DNA of 63,991 nt, the filler included, from Polymyxa betae A26-41 (Eukaryota; Protista; Endomyxa: Phytomyxea): assembly GCA_003693705.1 (NCBI GenBank). It is 7 parts of 7 records of this genome, joined end to end, with 100 filler letters (N's around TTAATTAATTAA, not from the genome) between each part and the next. Parts side by side here need not be neighbours in the genome. Positions count along the whole stretch, not along the records: positions 48,554 to 53,106 come from RBZT01000638.1; positions 53,207 to 57,368 come from RBZT01000533.1; positions 57,469 to 61,024 come from RBZT01000858.1; positions 61,125 to 63,991 come from RBZT01000531.1; 3 more parts are not named here. One strand, given 5' to 3'. The notes beneath the pieces are model-generated. The model was not told where the DNA came from. It saw only the letters and a list, made by a program, of their open reading frames with translations, and ran no database searches. This document shows, piece by piece, positions 51,483 through 62,440 of this stretch. Position 1 is the stretch's first letter; every line of letters starts with the position of its first letter. The position numbers and the translations under genes were made by a program.

Positions 51483-52088
51483 AAATGTGTTCCGGCTCCT
51501 TTCAAGTCGTTCCTCAGCATTCCCCAGGGCATCCTCATATCCCCAGTACCTAAGCGCTTCGTAGTGGTATCCTGAAAACCCCTCAAAAATCCCCAGTCAT
51601 CAGAGTGACTAGAACTCCGACCCTCCGGAGAAGAACACATTTTTGTATCGGTCATATCTGAGGATGCCCTGGGGAATGTAGAAGAACGACTCGAAAGGAG
51701 CCGGAACACATTTTTGGATTGCTTAGTTGGTTCCAAACATACGTGCACAGAGGGGGGTCCCCCATCCGCGCGAGGATGGAATTTTGCGCAGATGCGCTTT
51801 ATGAAGTTTGATTTGGATCCCGCCCGCGACGCGGTGCTTGACTGGGCTGCAACTGATGATGACGCCAAGGTCGTATCCACCGACTTCTAGGTGATCTCTC
51901 TAACCGAATTGTCTACGACAAACCAAACGTGGTGATTATCAGAAGGTGAATATTGAAGTTGTATTGAGCTGAGAACAAACTCGGAACATGTCCGGAAGGG
52001 CTCCACAAGTTGGAACATTCCGGCATATCAGATAGTGCGGGGTGCGGAAAAGTTCCGCAGAATGTCCGGGTGGTGGTCGCTTCGCTAC

Positions 52089-52538
52089 ATGAAGAATTCC
52101 AATAATTACTATGATCTTGTGATATTGCTGTTGCTGGTTTCCGGCAGAAGGGAGAACGAACTACTGAGCCTCCAATAACGTGAAACAAATGAGGTACCCT
52201 TTCTTTTTGATTAAGAGCAGAAAAAGAAGGAGAAAGTCGAATATGTGGTGCCGTTATACAATATGAACTATCACGAGTTCAGGCACATCCTCGATAAAAT
52301 GAAAAGCATTAACCGGTCATTCATAAGGACACCATGTTGATGAATCTACGACCATGCCTGATAGTGATATTAGGAAGTGATGAGATTGTCATACATGCCA
52401 TCCGAATGCATGGCTTATGCTCATCTCAAGTAAGAGCAGTCTGATAAGGTTGAGCCGTTTCCTACATTCACGAAACGATTACTTGATCATGAATCGGATA
52501 AAACCAGTGTCCATTATAACCGATTAAATATCATTTGA
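52089..52538 (+). pseudogene. Protelomerase / telomere-resolvase-like tyrosine recombinase pseudogene
   Basis: NSNNYYDLVILLLLVSGRRENELL .. FLFD*EQKKKEKVEYVVPL .. IHAIR .. CMAYAH .. TFTKRLLDHESDKTSVHY gives the R-K-HxxR-H-Y order, with stops and at least two frameshifts. Confidence 0.75.
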
Positions 52539-52699
52539 AAACAGATTTTTTTCAAAAGACTAAATATCTATAAAATCCTTATTTAAACAAGTATCCGTCT
52601 TCGCTTTTCATGCGGAAAATGTTTTTATCCGCGCACGGATGAATTTTGCGCAGCCAGGCGCTGATTTTAATATCTCCCATCCCGGCAATCTGATTGTCA

Positions 52700-53106
52700 G
52701 GATTAATCAGCTGCAAGATAGTGTGCAGGCAATCTTAGATTTGATGGAGGGTCGCTAACGCGACGAGGCGCGACCTGCTTAAGGCAGCATGTCCGCTGCA
52801 GCTTTCATGGTGATCGTGGCTGTTACTAGCCACACGTTTGCGACCTAGTTTGGACCTAAATACAAATTCCTTTTTTGATTCTAATTGTTTGTCGAAACCA
52901 ACTGCAGATTATAGGCCCAGTAAGCTTTTCTCAGCAATGGACCCACTAAACAACGTCGTTAAAACGGACCCAGTTGACCAGATTCGTTCTGAAAGGAAAA
53001 GAAAATTGGCAGCTCTGGAAGACTGATGTCCTCCTATGGGCGAAGCATCAAAAAGTCACTGGCTTGGGAAGTCTATCAATTATTTTCATATTTCAACCAG
53101 CAATTT
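52700..53106 (+). mobile_element. 5' end of another copia element (LTR end, degenerate iMet half-tRNA PBS, gag start)
   Basis: ..CA|GATTATAGGCCCAG (52907-52920) versus the copia PBS GGTTATGGGCCCAG; VLKGKENWQLWK gag N-terminal motif. Confidence 0.6.
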
Positions 53107-53206
53107 NNNNNNNNNNNNNNNNNNNNNNNNNNNNNNNNNNNNNNNNNNNNTTAATTAATTAANNNNNNNNNNNNNNNNNNNNNNNNNNNNNNNNNNNNNN
53201 NNNNNN

Positions 53207-56200
53207 TGCCGCCATCGTCATGGATACCCTCCACTGGCACACAGCCTACACATACGCAATTAAATCTCCGTTAATATACTCACTCCTTTCTAATCATATA
53301 ACGAGCTCAGCTCGGTCTCTAATAGATTAAGAGTCCCACTCTCCAGAGTAACCATGAATCACGAGAAACCGTCCCTTGTGCCAATCTTCGATGGCAAGAA
53401 CTTCACCAATTGGCGACAGCGCATGGCGAATCTGATTCTGGAAAAAGATCTAGAAAACGTTGTAGGGTTTGACACCACAACACTATTACCTCAGGAGACA
53501 CCTCCCACTATAACTACAGAAAACAGAAAGGCGGATATTAAAGCAAAGTCCGCTATTCAGCACCGCGTCTCAGATGACATCCTCAACCTGATAACTCCAT
53601 GCACTACTTCCTATTCCACATGGAAAGTGCTGCACGATACATTTCGTCGTAAAACAATGGCATCCATGACCGCCGCACTTAAAGAGTTTGTCGGCACTGT
53701 TAAAGGACCAGAAGAATCCATGCAGACCTATATCGCCCGCATTCAGGAGAAAGGCCGAGCGCTTGAGGATTCTGGTGTCACAATGGATACCCTAATTGTG
53801 GCGATGCTTCTTTCCAACGTCGGAACTTCGTATTCTGAATCCGTTTCAGCCCTCGATACCCTTGAGAGCGTTTCGTTGATGAAGGCTACAACGGTCCTAT
53901 TGAACGCAGAGATTAGCAAGTCCCAGACGGATTCAGCTCCTCGCGCCGTTGCACTTATCACCGAAGTACAGGAGCTCCGAACTGAAATAGCAGCACTAAA
54001 AGCCGCCACTAAACGCAAACCTCGCAAGTTCACTGGAACTCCATGCTCTATTCATGGCCCTCGATCGCAGCATACCGATCAAGAATGCTATCATCAGCAG
54101 CAATCTCAAGGGCAGAATAAACCAGCAGCTTCACTTTACACAGTGCCTTGCTTGGCCTCCTCAACGGAAAGTAGCTCTAGTCTCTGGTATCTAGACTCCG
54201 GAGCGGGACGGCACATGGCTTACGATGCAAACTGCATATCCCATCTTCGCCAGGTTGATGGGCCAAACATTCAGCTAGGCGACGACAGTATTGTTTCTTC
54301 GAAAGGCGTGGGATCGTGTAAAGCCCTGCTCTCTAACGGTCCTTGCGAAATAACTGATGTGCTTCACGTTCCCAAGCTTGGAAGGAATCTTCTCTCAGTT
54401 GGTCAGAGCACCAGTAAAGGCATTAAATTCTGGTTTGACGGAAATCAATGCACTATCTTCGGCAAAGATAACTGCAGACCTCCAGACGGAACCATATTAT
54501 CCGAAATTCCAAAAAGAAGAGATAACTTGTACGAAATCCCCGGTATAGGAACTCTAATAGCTGCAAATTTTGCCCAGCGAGGAGGACCAGAGCCTTGGAA
54601 AATTTGGCACGAACGAATGGGACATCTGAATCATCAAGATATGAAAAGATTGATAACCGCATCGACTGGAATGAAAATTCAAGGCAGCGTGAATGTTATT
54701 GAGCACTGCGAGCCCTGTATCGTCAGCAAGATGACGAGATCGTCCTTTCCTAAAAGTACAACGGTTACTACCCGCCCCGGTCAACTGGTGTTCTCTGATA
54801 TTGAAGGACCTTTTCCAGTCGCTGGCATCGATTCTGAATCCCGCTACTTCGTCACATACTTAGATCATTTCACAAAGATGCCCAAAGCGTATCTCCTTCG
54901 AAACAAATCTCATCAACTTGACGCCCTTAAACTGTACAATAACGAGCTCTTCAACATTTCTGGCAACAATACGAACCGATTGGAAACTCTCCAAAGCGAC
55001 AATGCTGGCGAATACCTGTCACAAGCATGCCATGAGTACTATGTAACGAACGGAATCAAACATCAAACAATTGTTGCCTATAACCCCGAGTCTAACGGGT
55101 CTCCGGAGCGCCTCAACCGCTCTATAATGGAGCTCGCTGAGAGTATCCGCACTCGCGCACAACTGGACAGGTCTTACTGGCGTTTTGCAGTCTCTACGGC
55201 GGTTTACCTGCTGTCAAGAAGACCACATTCCGCTCTTCCAAACAGAATANNNNNNNNNNNNNNNNNNNNNNNNNNNNNNNNNNNNNNNNNNNNNNNNNNN
55301 NNNNNNNNNNNNNNNNNNNNNNNNNNNNNNNNNNNNNNNNNNNNNNNNNNNNNNNNNNNNNNNTGTGGAACCCAGATTTGAACAAAATTATCGTCAGTCG
55401 TGACGTCATTTTCAATGAATCCTCGTTCACATTCTGGCGATCCCCTACGACTGATAAAACCAATGGTCAGCAACCTACAGATGATTATCCGGACTTTGAA
55501 TCGGAAGATGGTCATGCTGTATCTGAAGATTTTACACAAAGTTCCAGAGATGAAGACACAACTTGCGAAGTTTCCCGTGGGGAAGATGTCTGCGATCAAG
55601 AACCAATCCGTCGCCAATCTTCCAGAATACGCAATCCGATCGAACGCTTCGTTCCTGGCAAATCTGCTGCCATGTGTCAGAAGCTGGAAGCCGCACTCAA
55701 TGATAAATCTGACCGTTATCAAAGACCTCCTTTACTAGGCATTAGAGTATCAGATATTCCAGTACCCAATCATGTAGACGAAGCTCTGAATGGCGCATAC
55801 GGGGGTCACTGGCTTGATGCTATCAACACAGAATTTCAAAAATTAAACAAGTTCGGAACAATGCGACTTGAACCCCTTCCCGTTGGACGCAAGCCTATTG
55901 GATGCAAAATTGTTTTCAAAGTCAAAGGAAACCTCGATGGAACAGTCAATGAGTTTCGGGCAAGAATCACAGGACAGGGATTCTCCCAAAGACCGGGGAT
56001 CGATTATAAGGAAACATTCGCACCCGTAGCCCACATCGAATCCATTCGCACAATACTCGCTTTAGCCGCGCAGCACGGACTTATGCTCCGCCAGATCGAC
56101 GTCGTAGGTGCGTTTTTACACGGAACGCTAGAAGAGGAAATATACATGAAACAGCCCAACGGATTCGTCAAATCCGGAAATGATCATCTTGTATACCGCT

Positions 56201-57368
56201 TGATAAAGTCTTTATATGGACTTAAGCAATCAGGTCGGATATGGAATCAGCGTCTCCACGAATTCCTTGGAAAAATCAATTTTACCAGAATCCGTGCAGA
56301 CCCATGTGTCTATCTGCGTAACGATTCAGGAAAATTTGCTCTTCTGGGTGTACATGTTGACGACATGATCATTGCTCACAACGATGATTCATTATGCGAC
56401 AGCGTAATATCGGCAATATCAAAAGAGTTTGAAATCACGGATCTAGGTCCGCCATCAAAATTATTGGGAATGCGGATTTCCCGTGAAACTCCGACAGGAC
56501 CAATTGCAATCGATCAACCCTGCTATATTCAGGATCTTCTGAAACACTTCGAGATGCAGCAATGTAAAACAGCATCAACACCGGCCCAACCGAACCTTCA
56601 TCTGTCAAACGCAATGAGTGCCAGCACCGACGAAGAAATCGAGACAATGAAATCCGTCCCATATCGAGACCTTATTGGAAACCTCCTCTGGCTATCAACC
56701 TGTACAAGACCAGATATCGCAGCAGCAGTTGGGACCCTGTGCCGTTTTGTCGACAACCCAGGACCTCTCCATTGGACCGCTGCGAAACGCGTGCTACGCT
56801 ATCTTGCCGGAACTCCCACATTCGGAATACGATATTCGAAAAGTTCAAATAGCGAAATCGAGGCGTACTCTGATAGCGATTGGGCGAATTGCCCAGATAC
56901 CCGCAGATCAACAACTGGATACGTATTTCTCGCTGCTAACGGACCGATTGCCTGGAAATCAAAACTCCAAGCATCTGTTGGCTCGTCATCAGTTACAGCC
57001 GAATACCAAGCCCTCTACGACACGAGTCGCGAAGCGAAGTGGTTACGACAGCTGCACAAGGAAATGGGATTTGAACAGAAAACGCCAACCAAAATCCACG
57101 AAGACAATCAAGGTTGCATCGCAATGGCGAAAAACCACAGGACAGATGCATTAACGAAGCACATTGATGTCAAGTACCATTTCACCCGCGATCTCATAGA
57201 AGCTAATCAGATCGAATTGGAGTATTGTGAAACTGGGAAAATGGTCGCCGATTTCCTCACGAAACCGGTTAATGCAGTCAAGTTCGCTTGGTGTCGATCT
57301 AAAATAGGAGTAATCGACCTGTTCACCGATGTCTCTTCGAGGGGGCGTGTTGGATTAGCTCAATCCAC
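53207..57368 (+). mobile_element. Near-intact Ty1/copia LTR retrotransposon, gag-pol from 53354; LTRs cut by contig ends
   Basis: FDGKNFTNW gag; WYLDSGAGRH protease; WHERMGH..CEPCIVSK; integrase SDIEGP..SDNAGEY..NGSPERLNR; RT ETFAPV, QIDVVGAFLHG, KSLYGLKQSGRIW, HVDD; RNase H YSDSDWA..ADFLTKP; PPT GAGGGGGCG|TGTTGG. Internal N gap at 55250-55363. Confidence 0.97.
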
Positions 57369-57468
57369 NNNNNNNNNNNNNNNNNNNNNNNNNNNNNNNN
57401 NNNNNNNNNNNNTTAATTAATTAANNNNNNNNNNNNNNNNNNNNNNNNNNNNNNNNNNNNNNNNNNNN

Positions 57469-57515
57469 GACGCCGCCACGGACAGAAGAGCAGCGATCAA
57501 AACAGCAAATTTCAT
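57469..57515 (-). CDS. Signal-peptide start of a secreted protein gene (truncated)
   Basis: MKFAVLIAALLSVAA runs into the contig end; paralogue of 60978-61024. Confidence 0.6.
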
Positions 57516-58875
57516 GATCTCAGATACAAGATCTGGGTAGTTTGTTTTGATCCGATTTCGGCGTCCTGAAGATCTCGTCCAGACATTGACTGGGAAGTTC
57601 CGGACTTGCGGAGGTCGCTCTCTGACTGACGCAGTTTCCGCTTCTCCATCAATCATTTCTGACGAAGCTTTTCAATTGTCTTGAATGTTGAGACAATCAT
57701 GCTACACAGGTAGTAACGAGGGCGGAAGGGCCGCAGCGAGTCACTCTTCACTGCAAATGTAATGTTACATTATATCACTCATCCCAAACGAACCACGTTG
57801 GTCACTTTTCGTGCATGCAATGCTGATGGGGTTGCCCCATTGTCGGGGTTTTAAGCACAAGTCGAAGGCATCGTTATATTGCTTGCATTTGTGCTGTTCA
57901 GAACATCATGACGGGAATCCACATCAGCAACAATTGTCACGAAACGAATCGGAGGAGATTCTCTGTTGCGACGACAAAAAAGTATACAAGGCATACGAAG
58001 TAAGGAAATAACAGTATTGTTTCTTCTATTGTAATTACAGTGAAATCTGTGTTTTATTTAAGCTTTACAAAGGAGCATGGTTTTTGCAAATATGTGATCC
58101 AAAAACATAATAAAAAAATATAGATACCAAATTCACTGAAGGATAGCGAAGTGTCCTTCCGTATTAATCATTAACAGTTCCTTTTACTGTACCGGATGCC
58201 TTCGGGCCGAACTCCCTACCGTCTAAAAACGGGGAAATTCCAATATAAACAGATGCGCTGCAGACATCCAAACATTTAAAACCTAGAAGTTGAATAACAA
58301 CGAACACAACGACATCGTTGGCAGCGACGTCGGAGTCGGGCCCGACGCTGCAGACGAGCCAGCGGAACCGTCAATAAATAAACGGTTGCTGCAAAGATGA
58401 TCAGACGCAAGCACCTGCACCGCTCCCATTCTCTCTCTCTCTCTCTCTCTATTGGAACGCAGTCTTCAATGATAGGGGACTCGCGATCCAAGTATCCTTT
58501 GATATTTGCCTTCGTCACGGCAAATATCGTCATATTTGCCTCGGTCCCAGTCCACGACTGGGGACCAACTAGGACCAACTGGGACCAGCGGTCCTGTTAT
58601 TTTGCCATACTGTAGTGAAAACAAAAGCGCACATATTTTTGCGCGTTCGCAAAACTTGTTTACGTCGTAAAAATGCGAAGTGCGCAGGTATTCTGGACTG
58701 TGGTCACATACGGTACTTTCAAAATAGTCAAAACTTATGCACGCACCTTTTGGAATCCATTTTACACAGTAGAATTTGAGGATTACAACCGCCGATACTG
58801 TACACAAGCTTACGTCTTTACTCTTACTATACAGCAACACGTCTTAAACGTCAGCGGAGGCCGCTGGGGAACAAC

Positions 58876-59586
58876 ATGATGGCTGTCAACGGAATCGCGC
58901 CTGTCGGCCGAATTATCTTGGTTGGCGCTTCCGGCGTCGGTAAGACCAAGCTCCTGGACCGGTTTCTTAACGACACGTTCATCGACGATTTCACGACCAC
59001 TATAGGTGTTCCTCTAAAAACAAAAACAATGGAAATCTATGGCGAATTATTCACGCTCATGATATATGATTCTTGTGGTCAGGGGAGATTCCGGGAGGGA
59101 AACTCGGCATATTATCCCAAAGTCCACGGCTTCATTCTGGTATATGATGTGACCGACCGCGGCTCGCTAACCAGCATCCCCGAGTCTTTCATGGAAACTA
59201 TCCTTAAGAAAGCTGCAAAAGACGTGAAAATGGTTCTGGTTGGCAACAAATGCGATGATTCTGCCTGCCGTCAGGTCACAACGCTGGAAGGGCAGACTTA
59301 TGCAAATGGCTTCGGCATCCCCTTCTTTGAGACATCCGCCAAAACATCCATCAACGTACAGGAAGCCTTCACCTGTTTGGCTGGAACTGTGTTACCCAAA
59401 GACTTACCACCCCGTGTCTGCCATTTCCAGCCATATCTGGTAACCTGCCTAACACGAACATTCAGCCCGAAGCTGAACCCAGTGCTGGCTTTAATTATGA
59501 CGCAATCAATCCATGAGTTTCTGCTGTCGCTGGCGGATAGCCGCTCGAGTCCGAGCCCTATTGGCCACCACAGCAGTAATATGTAA
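58876..59586 (+). CDS. Divergent Rab-family small GTPase (Rab1/Rab8-like)
   Basis: GASGVGKT, TTIGV, YDSCGQGRFR, AYY, LVYDVT, LVGNKCD, FFETSAK; C-terminus uncertain. Confidence 0.88.
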   Translation: MMAVNGIAPVGRIILVGASGVGKTKLLDRFLNDTFIDDFTTTIGVPLKTKTMEIYGELFTLMIYDSCGQGRFREGNSAYYPKVHGFILVYDVTDRGSLTSIPESFMETILKKAAKDVKMVLVGNKCDDSACRQVTTLEGQTYANGFGIPFFETSAKTSINVQEAFTCLAGTVLPKDLPPRVCHFQPYLVTCLTRTFSPKLNPVLALIMTQSIHEFLLSLADSRSSPSPIGHHSSNM

Positions 59587-60977
59587 TACATCGAAATTCA
59601 TTGTAAAGTATTATTCCACCCATCCCATTGCTCATGGTAAAGTTCTTCGATAAAACACACACTACAGACCGCTCCTGAATCGAGCCCGTACAGGGCATAC
59701 TCGATGCAAATCACATCTGAAAGTTATTGGAATCGAATCTGATGGCACTTGTCGCTTCTGTTCAACTGAGAGCGAAACGCTTGAGCACCTATTAATCCAA
59801 TGCCTAAAACTACAACAGAAACTAATAAAATACCGAAATCAATACACCCGGGCCCGCAAACTCAATTTCAACGACGCATTATGTAAACATAGCAAAATTA
59901 TGGCAGAACTGCTAGAAAGAAAAAAACTGCGAAGAATGGCTGTGATATCAAGCCGCGATATTTAAGAAAGCTGGGAATCCAGCAGGGGATAACGACAGCC
60001 TCTTGAGGGTACAGGGTTCAATTCCCTGTAGGATTGGGCCAGCAGATGGCTGCCTTCACTGTCAATTTCTCTAAGTCCTCTGTAGGGCTGAACTACGATG
60101 AAATCACAAGGGCTGAACTATCTCCAAATGTTTTTAAGTAAGAGAACCTGGAAGTGTGTTCAGGCCTCGCACTCGGGTAACTGTGCCGTCCACCCCACCG
60201 AAATGAGCGAACAAATAGCGCAATCCAATCCATCCTAAAGTTCTCCCGTTGTTTTATCGTTTTTTTTTGTAAAAACTGTTTTACTGGTTATGGAAATCAT
60301 TAAGTTCCTTTTTTAAACACACAAACACGATATACACATGATATACACAAATGAACACAAAGTATAAACAAAATTGGTGCAAATGGGTGTATTTTACTCA
60401 TTTTCGCCATTTTTTCCATAAAATTCATAAAAACCCATTAGAATCAGTAAATATCGGACAATTGCACCATTTTTCATAATAATTTATAAAAAAACATTAA
60501 GAATCAGTAAGTATCAGTAAAATGAATCGTAGAAGTGAAAATTGGAACATTGAAAAATGAAAACAACTCTAAAAAAATTTTGATATTTTAAATTTCTAAA
60601 AGTAACAATCAGGAACTTACGAAAAACCGATATACAAGAAAGTCTACATTGCCCAATTTCTGATGCCTGACTCGCCTGAGGCACGCGCGACCCTGTCCTC
60701 AGTTTCGATATCACTGTCGCGCAGAAAGTCGTAAAGGCACGTCAGGCATTCATCCGATTCTTCGATTATGGCAGCATATTTGTTACAGTGCAGGGTGAAT
60801 CTGTGCGGCCCTTCCGCCCTCGTTAAAAGCTGTGTAACAGGATTCTCTCACATTCAAGAAAATATGAAAACTGCGTCAGTCAGACCGCGACGTCCGCAAG
60901 TCCGGAACTACTCCGTCAATGTCTGACGACATCTTCAGGACAGGGGTTCGATCACTCATATTTTCATCACAGAGATC

Positions 60978-61024
60978 ATGAAACTTGTGATGTTGATCGC
61001 GGCTCTTCTGTCCGTGGCGGCGTC
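60978..61024 (+). CDS. Signal-peptide start of a paralogous secreted protein gene (truncated)
   Basis: MKLVMLIAALLSVAA runs into the contig end. Confidence 0.6.
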
Positions 61025-61328
61025 NNNNNNNNNNNNNNNNNNNNNNNNNNNNNNNNNNNNNNNNNNNNTTAATTAATTAANNNNNNNNNNNNNNNNNNNN
61101 NNNNNNNNNNNNNNNNNNNNNNNNGCTGGATTCTCCTCTACTTACTCTTGCTGAAATTTCTACTAACCGAAGTTTAAGGTCGGCTGTGTTGTCAGTTGGC
61201 ATGAGTAAGTAGAGGAGAATCCAGCTTAACAGGCTCAACTCCCACTTCAGCAGGAGGTTGGGCAGCATCTTGTTCCGAATTCCTATCTTCTTCAGAAGAC
61301 GGTACATCGGTCTCGAAAGGGGAAAGAG

Positions 61329-62440
61329 TCATTCGGGAGACAATTGTGTTTGGATTGGTTGGTCTTCAAAGTAGTTATAAACAGGAACTTCAGACGTTAA
61401 TGCTGCGACAGCAGAGCGGTTAACTGTCGGTTTGGGACCCTGTGAAGTATTCTCCTTGCGTGCCGAGTCCGCAGCTTGGTTCGAGGAACGGTTGGAAAAG
61501 TTGTTATTATAGCGCCTATCAGTTGAGAAACGGTTTGGCTTGGCGGAATCTTCTAAAAGATTGTCAGCGGCATGAATGACATTGAGATTACCTTCGCAGT
61601 CTCGGGCCAATTTAAAGATTTCATCGAGTTTGGTAACTTTCCGACCTGAAGCATACACCATAGCACCGAACAGCCTCGAACGCTTACGAAGAGAGTGTAA
61701 AAACATGCGACAGCAGGTAGATTCGGAAACAGGAAATTCCGAAGATACTTCTTTGGCAAAGCGGTAATACTGTGAAAATCGAGAGATATAATCCGATAAA
61801 GATTCATTCAGAAAGGGAGATGACAATTCCAGCTTTTGGCGCAGAACATCTTCAAGGGCTCCAGGATCAGTAGACGAAGCATACCAGGAAGCCAGATGAT
61901 CTAGCAGCTCTTCGCTAGAAGAAGCTTCATCAATCACAGCACGATCCTGGGCCTGTCCAACAAGACAACAATAACGATGCTGTAGTCGAACTTCTTCTGG
62001 AAGCAGATAAGTAAGTTTCGTAAAACGTGCACGGAATGAAAGGAATTTGAAGGCTCGGACAATAAGGCGGTCATCATCGGATAGATTCTTAGCATCAGAA
62101 GTACCTAAATAACGGAAAGCGTCATCCGAAGAGATAGATTCGCCAAATTTAGGCAACTCAGAAGGTGAAATATAAACAGACTTTACAGGGGTTGGGGGCG
62201 GAGGAGAAGAGACCGTTGGCTTTTCAGCCTTAGGTTCAGTGGTAAATTTTTGAAGCAACTGCATCATCAGATTGTTGGTCTGTTGCTGCTGATGCATAAA
62301 GCTCATGAAGACAGATTCGAAGGATGAGAGCGTTTGAGCATTTCCAGGGCTGGAAGCATTACCAAAATTTGAAGCATTATCTATCAATTATAGCATCATG
62401 TGTAGCATCGACATTATCAACGGTTGGGGGGAGATTATCA
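61329..62440 (-). mobile_element. Retrotransposon gag-like ORF (probably Ty3/gypsy type)
   Basis: 352-aa intronless ORF: Q-rich N-terminus, ELPKFG, CLVGQA, NESLSDYISRF (major homology region-like), MFLHSL..LDEIFKLA. Confidence 0.6.

Noticed and set aside
51458-51880. 140-aa minus-strand ORF beside the palindrome
   Set aside because: No ATG start, low-information composition, runs through repeats.
59978-60035. Hairpin with a B-box-like GGTTCAATTCCC
   Set aside because: No full cloverleaf, A box or anticodon arm; cannot support a tRNA or SINE call.
60300-60520. AT-rich imperfect tandem duplication of about 60 bp
   Set aside because: Low complexity, with no defined ends or function.
25454-61124. 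Recurrent TTAATTAATTAA flanked by Ns
   Set aside because: Artificial six-frame-stop linker; not biological, and it voids any cross-contig neighbourhood argument.
61125-61225. 23-bp perfect inverted repeat starting at the first base of the contig
   Set aside because: Position suggests a fold-back or chimeric read artefact; no other support.
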